A stretch of 64,000 nucleotides of DNA from positions 1,376,001-1,440,000 of the forward strand of contig CBDESU010000002.1 in the NCBI GenBank assembly GCA_965242695.1. The letters are read 5' to 3'. Of this stretch, positions 49,801-60,300 are shown one piece after another. How positions within the stretch are numbered: the first letter of the stretch is position 1; the number at the start of each line of letters is the position of its first letter. Source of the DNA: Cenarchaeum sp. Its GTDB lineage: Archaea; Thermoproteota; Nitrososphaeria; Nitrososphaerales; Nitrosopumilaceae. Under the pieces are notes generated by a model that had not been told where the DNA came from, made no database searches, and saw only the letters and a list, made by a program, of their open reading frames with translations. The position numbers and the translations under genes are program-made.

Positions 49801-52800
49801 TGGCCCACATGTGGGGAATCGGCGACCGCTCGCTCGGATGGGACGGCCGCACCTGGAACGGGGACGGGCGGATGAACCTGACCGCGATCGGCGCCGTGCC
49901 GGACGGCGGCGCGCACGCCGTGCTCGGCACTGTACAACTGATGCACGGGGACGGCGCCGGCGGCAACGTGACGAGGGACGTGATATCCGACCTGGCCGTC
50001 GACGCGTACAGGGGAAGGGCGTACGTCTCGACCGAGAGGGCGGGGCCCGTGCTCGCCGTCGACGTGTCCGATCCGGGCTCGATGCGGCTGCTGCTCACGT
50101 CCGCCGGGAACGCCAGCGCGGGCGAGTGGAGCCCATACCATACGGCCGCCCCCGCATCCGCGCTTGCCGTCAACAACGCCACGGGCATGGTGTATGCGTC
50201 CGCGCGCGTCGGGGACGGGGACGACAGCACCCTGCACTCTTGGGGAATCGCAACGCTGGACTTTGGCGCCGACGGGGCATTTGCACCAAACTACACGCGG
50301 GCGCACTTTCTGAACATGTCGGCAAACCCCGCGCCGGATCCGGCGGGGCGGTGCGGGGAAGACTACAACCTGTTCCCGTGCAGCGGGGACGTCCTGGTCG
50401 AGTCGCTGCACCTGGACGAGGACCGCGGCAAGATGTTCGCGCTGTATGCCAACCACACCATATGGGCGTTCGAGATCGGCGGCGCGGCGGGCAGTCCGTC
50501 CGGCCCCGCCGAGGTCGACGTAAGGCAGCGGGACCCGGCGCCTGGCAGCTACGAGGACGGCTACGGCAGAAGCCTCGACCACAACCAGATCCGAGACATC
50601 GCGCTCGACCGCACGCGCGGCCTGCTCTACGCGTCGCTGTACGACTTTGCAAACCCGCGCGTAGCCGTAATCGACGCCGGCACGCACGAGCGGGTCGGAC
50701 TGGCCTCGACGAGCAGCCAGACGGCGAGCCTTGGGGTGGATGCGAGGACGGGGGCCGTGTACGCGCTGCCGCAGTGGACGCCGAACGCGTACGTGATCGA
50801 GGCGGCCCCGATGCCGGTGCTGCAGGCGATGATCGACGGCGCCCGCCCAGGAAGCACGATCGCGCTGCTGCCGGGCACGCACGACGATGCGATACTCGAC
50901 GTGGCAAAGCCGCTGACGCTCGCGTCGGCATCGGGCGTGCCGGGCTCGGTAACCTTTACCGGATACTCTCGCATCGAGGTAGAGGCGGACAACACCGCCA
51001 TACGCGGCCTGGCCTTTACGGACACGGACTGCATGCCTGGCCTGGCCGCCTCGCTCGTCGAGATACGCACGTACGGCAACGACTATACGCGCAGCAACGT
51101 CACCGTAGAGGACAACACGTTCAGCGACACGTGCCACGCGGCGGTGCAGCAGGAAGGGGTCGGGCGCCTGGACAACGTCCAGGTCAGGGGCAACACGTTC
51201 GAGCGCATCGGGCTAAAGCTGGCGGACGGAAGGACGCAGCCGATCGACACGGGCGGCGAGAACGAGTTCCAGCTATTCCACGGCGCGATTGGCTTGGCCC
51301 ACCACCCGTCCCAAGAGCCCGTGAGCGGCGCGATCGCCGACAATCGCATAGTAAACACGAGCGCGGCCGGCATACGCGTGTTCAACGCGGACGGCATGGC
51401 CATAACAAACAACCATGTCGAGGGCACGCCGGCGAGCGGCATCGGGCTGGCGCACGGGCCTAGCAACGCCGTCGTGTCGGGCAACACGCTAGTGCGGACC
51501 AACAGCGAGCCGAACCTGGACTACTTGGACGGAATCGAGGGCAGCGGCGAGCCGGGCTACTACGGGTTCATCAACTTTGACCGCCCCAACCCGTACGCCT
51601 ACCTGGGCATGCAAAAGGTGAGGGACGGCCCGCCGCACGCCGTGCCGTCGCCCGATGCGGCCATAAACGTCTGGGCCGGCGCCGTGAATGTCAGCGTCAC
51701 CGGAAACACCATACGGGACAGCGACGGCGCATTCACGGTCTGCACCGGCGTGTGCGCGTTCGAGAGCGACGGGCCCGTCCGCGACAACCCGCGCAACGTG
51801 CCGGCCAACACGGTGGCGGTCACCGGCCAGGTGCGGTTCACCGGCAACACGATATACGCGCACACGGGCCCCGACAACGGCGGCATTCTGGTGCGCAGCC
51901 ATGCGCTCGGCACGCTGGACGCAACGGGCAACACGCTAGTTGGCGCCAACGCAAGCGGCGCGGCCGCCGGGATGGTGAGGCTCGATGCGGACAGCGCCCC
52001 TGTCGGGGCGGCGGCCGTGGCGGCGTTCGTCTCGCCGAACCACATTCTTGCGGTCTACGACGCCCCGCTCGGCCCGCCTGCGGGCCACACGGGCCCCGTG
52101 TACGGCAGCGTCATGGGCCCCGGCGGCCTGGACGAAGAGGCGGCCACGGCATCCGGACTCTACACGACCATGCACACGATCGAGATCGGCGGGGGCGGAG
52201 TGGGCGAGATGCAGAGCGCGACGATCTCGCTCAACGCCGACCTAGAGGGAGTCGATCGAGGCGGAACGCACTATGTATTCCGCAATGACTCGATGCCGGT
52301 AGGGGCGATCAGCACGAACGTGGCGGTGGTGGAGGCGGCGCTTACGTCGCCCGACACTGCCAGGATCGTATACGGCGCGCCCCTGGAGGCGGCCGCGTCC
52401 GACTATGCGGGCCTGCGGGTGGGGCCGTCGAACGCTACGGCCGCCGTCACGGGCGTGGAGGGCTCTGGCACGGCGGCCCACACCGTCTCGTTCGAGACGG
52501 AGTATGCGGTGACGGCGGCGACGGCAGGCTACATCGACATCGCGCCGCTGGCGCTGCTGCCGGAGGGCAACCTGTTTGCCGGCGCCGACGGCATGGCCGT
52601 GGGCAGCGGCGAGGGCGAGGGAATGGATGCGGTCGCGCCGCCGGGATCGCCCCCGATCGTGATCGAGCAGGACACCTTTGTGGCATCGGTCCGCGGCACT
52701 GACAGCGCCGCGATTCGCGTGCCGGGCGGCACGACTCCGGCCGCGAACTTTACGGTGTCGACGGAGACGGCCACGGTCATGCTTGCGCCGAGGACGAACA

Positions 52801-54806
52801 TTACCGACAGGGGCACCGGCATGCCGTACGAGGGGGCGTTCAGCGTTGCGGTGGCTGCGGCGGAGCGGCGGGCCGCGGCCGCGGGCGCCGTCGACGTCGC
52901 CGTCGACGACGTCCGGATAGGCATCGTCGTAGAGATCGGCGATCCGAACGCGGACATTGCGCTGGACCGCCCCGCGCGCATACTGCTCGAGAACCAGCCT
53001 GCGCCGGCCGACGTGTACCACATGGACAGCGCCGGGATGGCGACCGGGATCGCCGAGTGCGGCGATGCGGCCGGCGGCCCAGAGGTATGGCTTGCCGCCA
53101 ACCGCGATGCATCGCCGTTCTGCCATACGGTGGAGGGCGGGGCGGCGGCCGCCGCCGCGGCCGGCATGGGCAACTATACGATCTACACGTACCGCCTTAG
53201 CGCGTTCTTCGTCGTAGGCGAGGATGCGGGAACGGGCGGCGGCGGCGGCGGCGACGGCCGGGCGCCCATGGTCTCCCGGGTCGCGGCGACGAGCGCCAAC
53301 GGGACGTACGGGCAGGGCGAGACGATCGGTATTGCGGTCGTGTTCACCGAGCCCGTCGACGTGACGGGCACGCCGCTGCTCGAGCTAGAGACGGGCGCCG
53401 TCGACCGCAACGCCACGTACGCCTCGTCCGAATCTGCGACCCTGATGTTCCGGTACGTGGTGCAGCAGGGCGACTCTGCGGCAGACCTGGGCTATACCGG
53501 CACGGATGCGCTGGCCCTCAACGGCGGGACCATACGCGATGGCAACGGCAGCGACGCGGACCTGGCCCTTCCGGCGCCGGGGACGGCCGGCTCGCTCTCG
53601 CACTCTGCCGACATTGCAATCGAGGCGCCGAACACCATGACGCAAAGGATGACCGCCAACCTGATCGCCGCACCGGTCGAGCGCATGCGGGAAGAGCAGG
53701 TCGTCGTGGCCGCGCCGGCCGCGCAGCCGTCGTTCATGCCGTTCGGCGGAGGCGGCGGAGGAGGGGGCCGCGGCGGCGGAGGCGGAGGCGGAGCGGCCAT
53801 GATGCCTGGCGCCGCCGGCCAGGCGATCCTGTACTCGGCCGCATGGGACTGCGACGAGGGGACGATCCGCATAACGGCCGGAGCCGAGCCGAGGGCCGAC
53901 GTCAGCGTAGTGTCGTCGGCCGGCACCGTCGAGGCGCAAGAGGCCGACGGGCCGCACCCGGCCGGCCGCACCGTCTACGAGGCGCCGCTCCCCGAGGATG
54001 CAATACTGTCGATCAGGGCCGCGGCGGTGGACGGCAGGACGATGTCGACGGCAACCGAGGCGGTGCGGACGGGAGGGCAGTGCACCGGCGAGGTGGTATT
54101 CAGGGCGTACGACGCGGCGGCGGACGCTCCGGCGGAAGCGCCGCGCGATGCGGCCGACCGGATGCCGCCGGCCGGCGATCCTGCGGCATCGGCAGAGCGG
54201 CTCGACGACGGCCGGCAGGAGCCGGCTGGCGAGGCTGCGCCGCCGGACGAGCGCCCCGGCATGCAGGCCGACGCGCCGCCGCCTCTGCCGGCCGACACGG
54301 GCGAGGATCTGCCCGATGCGCCGGGTGCCGACGAGCGGCCGCCGGATGCCGAGGCGACGGCCGCCGACGAGCCCGGTACGACGGCCGCCACGGCCGCCGA
54401 CGAGGGTGGCTGCCTGATCGCGACGGCCGCGTACGGGACGGAGATTGCGCCGCAGGTGCAGCACCTCCGCGAGGTTCGCGACTCTACGCTCTTGACGACA
54501 GAGTCTGGCAGGGCGTTCATGGCGGCGTTTGGCACCGCATACTATGCATTCTCGCCTCACGTGGCAGACCTGGAGCGCGAGCACCCCGCATTCAGGCAGG
54601 CCGTCGCGGCCCTGGTCGCGCCGATGCTGCTCGCGCTGCATGTCGTCGACTCGGCAGAGCCGGGCTCCGAGCACAGCGTCGTCGCGTACGGTGCGCTGGC
54701 CATATCGATGGTGGCGGGCATGTACGTCGCGGCGCCGGCCGCCGGCGCGTGGTATGCTGTGCGGCTGGCCCGCAACCGGGGCGGCCGCAAGGCCAGGGTC
54801 GACTAG
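46860..54806 (+). CDS. Giant surface glycoprotein: signal peptide, 2x (YVTN/YncE-like beta-propeller + right-handed beta-helix), Ig-like stalk, CFI-box-CTERM anchor
   Basis: 2648 aa; hydrophobic N-terminus; duplicated ~900-aa unit; many N-X-S/T sequons; GGCLIATAAYGTEIAPQVQ.LRE.RD...YY.FSP + terminal TM. Confidence 0.88.
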   Translation: MTGLPAAALVVVAALLAIAVAAAPGDAYAQGAHHPECDSGADRDCVYHVTRALHVGDKQPWIIKEDPSTGHVYVANKPHTRSIDSDYAHLRIYDSYENGHVLIKDVRFNGTNSRISDFEINNMTREIHVVHLWGVGDASLGWDGRQHKSDGRANLTTIAIGSYDVVETIELKHSEIIPGQSAIVNASRYSIWDVAVDERRDIAYVSSLHDWQGPVPNVSEWLGPILVVDTSDTTLLDTVVNHTVGSGQDGAWDAHDVAAPASAMAVDSDTGLVYAAARVGDQYGQQNPSAPNHSWGIALLSFHDGDGELTPNYQRLGFLNMTSNPHPSPGCSNNDYNNWPCYEDVRVSDLHLDKARSQLFALYANHTVWAFQLNGTGHPEAPVEINVRDTDTTPFHGEDRIHDMVLDAERGLLYVVRYDYTDPRVVVINATDKANYAEIGSASLTSQPVGIGFDPVGGTVYVLPQWSPHAYVIEAEPRSELQKRIDNASAGDTIVVPGGTYDDTVLDVTKPLTLTSGTGMPGDVVFTGYSRVEIEADDVTVRGLTFRDTDCLPGYGAPLIEIRTQHNADRSNLVIENNTFSNTCHPAIQKEGIADIVNIAIRNNVFENIGLNLPPGETEPLDTGGANEFQITHGAIGLAHHPGQGTVSGVIADNHISGTSAAGIRVFKADGLAITGNYIADTPSSAIGLAHAASNVLVANNTIVGANSEPDLDYLAGVNGSGIEGHYRFANLGDRTTDYLGFDPYMMGAEPASGRNVNEFARANIPWRNGTAVPSPDAAINIWSKATNITVTSNTISGSDGALTVCTGVCAYNSDGFVAPRGRTIAPIVGTGGIGGEINFTGNTIYAHTGPDNGGVQVRSYALGTIGAGGNTYVGCGMGGEPVRTAGNIDNGSRQYEDGGCAYHVTRTLGVGDIIPNMVRVDEETGNVYVANRPHLGTRDQDYSHLRIYDGDTAEMLGDIRFNGTNSRISDIEVSGGTAYVAHMWGIGDRSLGWDGRTWNGDGRMNLTAIGAVPDGGAHAVLGTVQLMHGDGAGGNVTRDVISDLAVDAYRGRAYVSTERAGPVLAVDVSDPGSMRLLLTSAGNASAGEWSPYHTAAPASALAVNNATGMVYASARVGDGDDSTLHSWGIATLDFGADGAFAPNYTRAHFLNMSANPAPDPAGRCGEDYNLFPCSGDVLVESLHLDEDRGKMFALYANHTIWAFEIGGAAGSPSGPAEVDVRQRDPAPGSYEDGYGRSLDHNQIRDIALDRTRGLLYASLYDFANPRVAVIDAGTHERVGLASTSSQTASLGVDARTGAVYALPQWTPNAYVIEAAPMPVLQAMIDGARPGSTIALLPGTHDDAILDVAKPLTLASASGVPGSVTFTGYSRIEVEADNTAIRGLAFTDTDCMPGLAASLVEIRTYGNDYTRSNVTVEDNTFSDTCHAAVQQEGVGRLDNVQVRGNTFERIGLKLADGRTQPIDTGGENEFQLFHGAIGLAHHPSQEPVSGAIADNRIVNTSAAGIRVFNADGMAITNNHVEGTPASGIGLAHGPSNAVVSGNTLVRTNSEPNLDYLDGIEGSGEPGYYGFINFDRPNPYAYLGMQKVRDGPPHAVPSPDAAINVWAGAVNVSVTGNTIRDSDGAFTVCTGVCAFESDGPVRDNPRNVPANTVAVTGQVRFTGNTIYAHTGPDNGGILVRSHALGTLDATGNTLVGANASGAAAGMVRLDADSAPVGAAAVAAFVSPNHILAVYDAPLGPPAGHTGPVYGSVMGPGGLDEEAATASGLYTTMHTIEIGGGGVGEMQSATISLNADLEGVDRGGTHYVFRNDSMPVGAISTNVAVVEAALTSPDTARIVYGAPLEAAASDYAGLRVGPSNATAAVTGVEGSGTAAHTVSFETEYAVTAATAGYIDIAPLALLPEGNLFAGADGMAVGSGEGEGMDAVAPPGSPPIVIEQDTFVASVRGTDSAAIRVPGGTTPAANFTVSTETATVMLAPRTNITDRGTGMPYEGAFSVAVAAAERRAAAAGAVDVAVDDVRIGIVVEIGDPNADIALDRPARILLENQPAPADVYHMDSAGMATGIAECGDAAGGPEVWLAANRDASPFCHTVEGGAAAAAAAGMGNYTIYTYRLSAFFVVGEDAGTGGGGGGDGRAPMVSRVAATSANGTYGQGETIGIAVVFTEPVDVTGTPLLELETGAVDRNATYASSESATLMFRYVVQQGDSAADLGYTGTDALALNGGTIRDGNGSDADLALPAPGTAGSLSHSADIAIEAPNTMTQRMTANLIAAPVERMREEQVVVAAPAAQPSFMPFGGGGGGGGRGGGGGGGAAMMPGAAGQAILYSAAWDCDEGTIRITAGAEPRADVSVVSSAGTVEAQEADGPHPAGRTVYEAPLPEDAILSIRAAAVDGRTMSTATEAVRTGGQCTGEVVFRAYDAAADAPAEAPRDAADRMPPAGDPAASAERLDDGRQEPAGEAAPPDERPGMQADAPPPLPADTGEDLPDAPGADERPPDAEATAADEPGTTAATAADEGGCLIATAAYGTEIAPQVQHLREVRDSTLLTTESGRAFMAAFGTAYYAFSPHVADLEREHPAFRQAVAALVAPMLLALHVVDSAEPGSEHSVVAYGALAISMVAGMYVAAPAAGAWYAVRLARNRGGRKARVD

Positions 54807-55533
54807 CCATTTGGACGGGGCGGCCGCGACAAGCGCGCCGCGTTGCACAGGCAGCCGTGGGGCGGGGGCCGAGCCGCCTGAACGCGCTGCCTGCGCGCAG
54901 TGGAAGATCTCCATCCCTGAAAGGCCCGCGCCTATCGCAGGCCTCCTGCGCACTCTGCCATGCATGGCCCTATGATGGGGCAGGCCGGCAGGCGGCAGAA
55001 GGCAACGCGAACCCACACGGCCCCCAGTCTTTGACAGCGGTGGCATGTCGTTGTCGCGTAGGTTGATCTTGACAGGCTGAGATCGGCCGAACCTTGTGTA
55101 CTAGCTCTTGCTATATGGCCGCACTGCCCGCGCACATCCTTTTGACATGGTCCGATCCGCAGGCTGCGCACGCACCTTGGAGCCGGGCAGGGATTGCCTA
55201 GCCGGCATGGCCGGATGTGCCCCTGACGCCGGGCGAGGGATCGGGCTGCGCGGCGTATGGCCCTGCTGCAAGGCGGCCGTCATGCGCCCCGTCTTGGCCC
55301 CGGATGCCAGCTCGCCGCGGCCCCGCCGGCGGGGCCGCGTCGTCGCCGGCGGCGCATGCGCCGCTTCCCCTCCCCGCCGCCCCGCCGTCGCAAAAAACTG
55401 ACCACTGTTCCCGTACTCCTGCCGGCATCTTCCGAGGCGGCCCGCGTAGTGGACAGCGAAGGCGGCCTTCGTTGCCATGGGTGCGGGATGGGTGAGGGAA
55501 GGAGGGAACTGGGACAGGCGCTGCCAAGGCGGC

Positions 55534-55626
55534 CCTGTCCCTGCGGATGCGCGGCTATTGGAAGCACTGTTTCGCTACTGTTCATGGCGCGGCGCCGACA
55601 CGGCCTGTCCCTGCGGATGCGCGGCT
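55534..55626. repeat. 23-bp identical direct repeat (longer degenerate flanks), period 70
   Basis: cctgtccctgcggatgcgcggct at 55534-55556 and 55604-55626. Confidence 0.75.
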
Positions 55627-57319
55627 CCTGAAAGTGTGGGGAGGGGAAACGAGGGCGGCGCTACCGGGCCTCGCGACGCCCATTGCCGTGACGCCCCCGC
55701 GCAGTTGCCCGCCGCGGCGGAACTGTCGCCCCTCCGAGTTTTTTCGCAGGCGCCGTAGGCGCACCTGCCTCTGCGCAGCGGGTGACAAGATTGCCGGGTC
55801 CCGTCGACCCTTGGCTGTGCGAACTACGCGGCGGGCGATGCAGTACCACGGGGCCCTCCGGACTTGTGTCCTGCGCTCTACGATGTGGCCGCTGTGCAAG
55901 AGGGAGGGGGTGGGCAGGCGGGTGCACCCCGTCGGCCCTGTGCGCGTGCGGCACGCCGGACGCGGGCCGCGCCGGCTAGAGCGCTCAGCCGGGCCAGAAA
56001 GCGGGGCGGTTCCAGCAGACCGGGCGTGGGCCGCTGGGCCGCGGCGCCGCCGCGGCCGTCCACCCCGCTGATCGCCGCGGCACAACGCGGCCGCATATTC
56101 CGTATCCGGCGCCGCGATGCGAGAGTGCAACGCGCACGCATGCGGACTTTCTCGCGCAGGCGGACGCAGCTGGCGGCAGCGGAGAGGGGCGGGGAGGCCG
56201 CACCGCGGCACCTCCACACCATGATTCCATATCGTTGCAAAATAGGAGTTTCGCAGAAGCCTGTGCCGATATAATCGGCGGTTCATCGATCGTAAGGAGC
56301 GCACGGGCGGGACCGAACGAGCCGATATATGCGCACGACGACGATGCCCGGAAGACAGCCGCTTGGGCGGTGCAACTGCAGGTTGCACCCCCTGCGATCT
56401 ATTCTAGGGCGAGGCGCCGCCGGGCGCCAGATCGGGATATTCGACCCTGGCCTGTCGCCGCCCCGCAATCCCTCTCGATGTCCAGACATGGCATTCCTGC
56501 GGATGCCTCGCACCCGCTTCAGATTCGGTGTCGTCCGCGCCGTCGGGGCGCCGCAGCGCGCACACTGCGGATGTCCGACCGCACGGAGCGGCACACCGGG
56601 ATCGCGCGGTGCCGCACCGCGCGGCACGCGGCAGGGCGGCTCCTGTCAACACCGCGACGAAGCGCGAAAAAGTGCAACAGTCCACGACACGTATGCGGCG
56701 CAAGGTCTGACCGGAACACTGCGGCGCCAAGTGTCGCCTGGCTTGGCATGGCGGCCGGCAACGGGTGCGAGACTGCCCGGGGGACTGTACGGCGGCAGTG
56801 CAGGAGCCGGCCGCCGCCGAGCCGACTCGTCCATGGCCCATCCAGATTGCGGCGGCACCGGGGCGGCAGGCCGCCGCCTGTGCGGCTGTCCAACTCGTAC
56901 TGTACAGGGGGACGGCATTGCGCCACTTGCACTGCGCCGCCGCGCCGCCGCGCCAAGCGCATGCTGTATGTCCTACCAGGCTCCGACCGGCAAGAGGGAC
57001 AGGGGTGCTAGGGGCAGCGTACTGCGGCTGCCTGGCCACTGCAGTACGCCGGCGCGCCTGGTAGCACCGAAGTGGAGGCGGCTAGGGACAGTGCAATGTG
57101 GCTACCTGGCCCCAGTGCCGGCCGCAACTGTGCGTCCCTTGGCAATCTCCTGCCCTCAACCATGCCACGCCTGCACAGCTGGATGAACGCCATGGACAAA
57201 TCTGCGCACATAAAGAAAATTTATGGGGAAAATGGTACAATTTCGGCTAAAATCCTGGCAACGATCACGATGCGCCGCTGGACGGTTAACCTTATATCCG
57301 CCCCCTTCGGCGCGCCCGC

Positions 57320-60300
57320 GTGAACTGCGAGCCAAGCCGTATTTGCGACGTAGCGTCCCCGCCTTCTGTCACCTGCATGCATGGTGCGAAGAGTAGAGCC
57401 CCTGTAGCACCGGCAGCAATGGCGACTGGCACTGCCTCGCGGAGCCGAACATGGGGGCGCCCGGCTGTGGCACTGTCGGCCTTTGCAGTTCTGGCGATTG
57501 CCGTGTCGGCCGCGGCCCTTGTTCCCCTTGCCTACCACGGCGGCGAGTCCATGCCGTACGCGCTGGCGGCGGATATCTTTGGCGATGCAGTTAGTGTCCT
57601 GTCGTCCACGCCCGTACAGGGCCCGGCGGCACTACAGTTGCCGGCGGCCCATGCTGAACACATGACTCCGTCGTCGCCTGATGTCCTGTCTATGGTCGCT
57701 GGCGCTGCCGCCATTGAAGGACAAGGCGCCCATGCGGGACTTGCTAATGCCAGCGATGTAGACGTAGTGGTGGCGGACGGCCGCACGTATGCAGTTGCTA
57801 GCGCCTACGACGCTGGCAAAGTCTCGCTGATCCGGATATACGACGACGGCACAATGGCTGCGGCGGATTCGCTATCTGAAGCCACGGACAGCACCCTTGT
57901 ACTGTCCGAGGCATCGGGACTTGAGGCGTTTAACGTGGGCGACAAGGCGTACGCGATTGTGGCCGCACGCACTGACCACGGTGTTCAGCTGATCCGCATA
58001 GACGGGGAAAACGGCACGCTAGTGCCAGTCGACAACGCAGTGAACGGCACGACGACGGCTGATAGCAAGACGTTTGACACTTTGTCTGGGGCCGTTGATG
58101 TCGATGTTGTGTCTGTAAATTCCACCCACACGTATGCATTGGTAGCTGCGGCCACTGATGATGGTATTCAAGTGATACGGATAGTAAACGAAACGCTCGT
58201 GCCCGTCCACTCGGTAAGAGACGGCGATGCCAATCTTGACAGGCTCAACATCGAGTATGGTGTAATCGACGCATTCCGCATGGACTCTGCATTCTATGCC
58301 ATTGTCGCGGCAGACGGGGAGAATGGCGTCAATCTTGTACGGATATTGGAGAACGGAACCCTCAGGGGGGTCGATTCGGCTGTTGACGGCGTTGGCGGAT
58401 ACGACAATCTTGGCAAGGTGGCGGGTGTAAGCGCCTTTACCGCGCCGAACGGAACCATGTTTGCCATTACAAGCTCGGATACTGGCCCCGCCGATGACAT
58501 CCAGCTAATCAGAATAAATGCAACAGGCATGACTCCTGTCAACTCTGCCCGGATCGGCTTCGAGCTTATGGAGCAAAGCTATGACATCAAGGCCTTTGCT
58601 GTGGGAGACGATCGGTATGCCGCCGTGGCCACGTATAACCGGGGTGCAGTCCAGTTGATCCAAATACACACGAACGGTACGCTAGAACAGGTTGACATTG
58701 CCAGAGATGACCCCAACGAGGGGTATTACTTGGGTGGTGTCTATGGAATAAACCAGTTCGAGCTGGGCGGCTCCACGTACGTGATCACCGCATCGGACGG
58801 CGACGACGCTATCCAGTTAATCTTGGTGAAAAACAGAACACTCACTGCTGGCGCTGCCGCCATTGAAGGACAAGGCGCCCATGCGGGACTTGTTGATGCC
58901 AGCGATGTAGACGTAGTGGTGGCGGACGGCCGCACGTATGCAGTTGCTAGCGCCTACGACGCTGGCAAAGTCTCGCTGATCCGGATATACGACGACGGCA
59001 CAATGGCTGCGGCGGATTCGCTATCTGAAGCCACGGACAGCACCCTTGTACTGTCCGAGGCATCGGGACTTGAGGCGTTTAACGTGGGCGACAAGGCGTA
59101 CGCGATTGTGGCCGCACGCACTGACCACGGTGTTCAGCTGATCCGCATAGACGGGGAAAACGGCACGCTAGTGCCAGTCGACAACGCAGTGAACGGCACG
59201 ACGACGGCTGATAGCAAGACGTTTGACACTTTGTCTGGGGCCGTTGATGTCGATGTTGTGTCTGTAAATTCCACCCACACGTATGCATTGGTAGCTGCGG
59301 CCACTGATGATGGTATTCAAGTGATACGGATAGTAAACGAAACGCTCGTGCCCGTCCACTCGGTAAGAGACGGCGATGCCAATCTTGACAGGCTCAACAT
59401 CGAGTATGGCGTAATCGACGCATTCCGCATGGACTCTGCATTCTATGCCATTGTCGCGGCAGACGGGGAGAATGGCGTCAATCTTGTACGGATATTGGAG
59501 AACGGAACCCTCAGGGGGGTCGATTCGGCTGTTGACGGCGTTGGCGGATACGACAATCTTGACAAGGTGGCGGGTGTAAGCGCCTTTACCGCGCCGAACG
59601 GAACCATGTTTGCCATTACAAGCTCGGATACTGGCCCCGCCGATGACATCCAGCTAATCAGAATAAATGCAACAGGCATGACTCCTGTCAACTCTGCCCG
59701 GATCGGCTTCGAGCTTATGGAGCGAAGCTTTGACATCAAGGCCTTTGCTGTGGGAGACGATCGGTATGCCGCCGTGGCCACGTACGACCGGGATGCAGTC
59801 CAGTTGATCCAAATACACACGAACGGTACGCTAGAACAGGTTGACATTGCCAGAGATGACTCCAACGAGGGGTATTACTTGGCTGCTGTCTATGGAATAA
59901 ACCAGTTCGAGCTGGGCGGCTCCACGTACGTGATCACCGCATCGGACAACAGCGACGCCGTCCAACTGATACGTATGAATTCGCCCTCCTTAAAGGTAAC
60001 CCATGTCCGCTCTGATGACGCGGATGCAACGTACGAGGCGGGCAGGAACATTGACATTGCGATTCACTTCACCTATCCCGTCAATGTTGCGGGACAGCTT
60101 GAACTAAAGCTGAACAGCGGCGGCAACGCCTCGTACATGGGCGGCACGGGCACCGACAAGCTGACGTTCCGCTACACGGTGGGCACCGGCGAGAGCGCGG
60201 AGAATCTGGACTACACAGGGACGGACGCCCTGTCTGGCACCGGCACGATCGTCGGCGCCACGGGCTCGAATGCTGGGCGCCAGGCCGACCTGACCCTCCC

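Noticed and set aside
57698-59975. Diversity-generating retroelement TR/VR pair
   Set aside because: No reverse transcriptase in the window, the repeat is too long and intragenic, and substitutions are not adenine-specific
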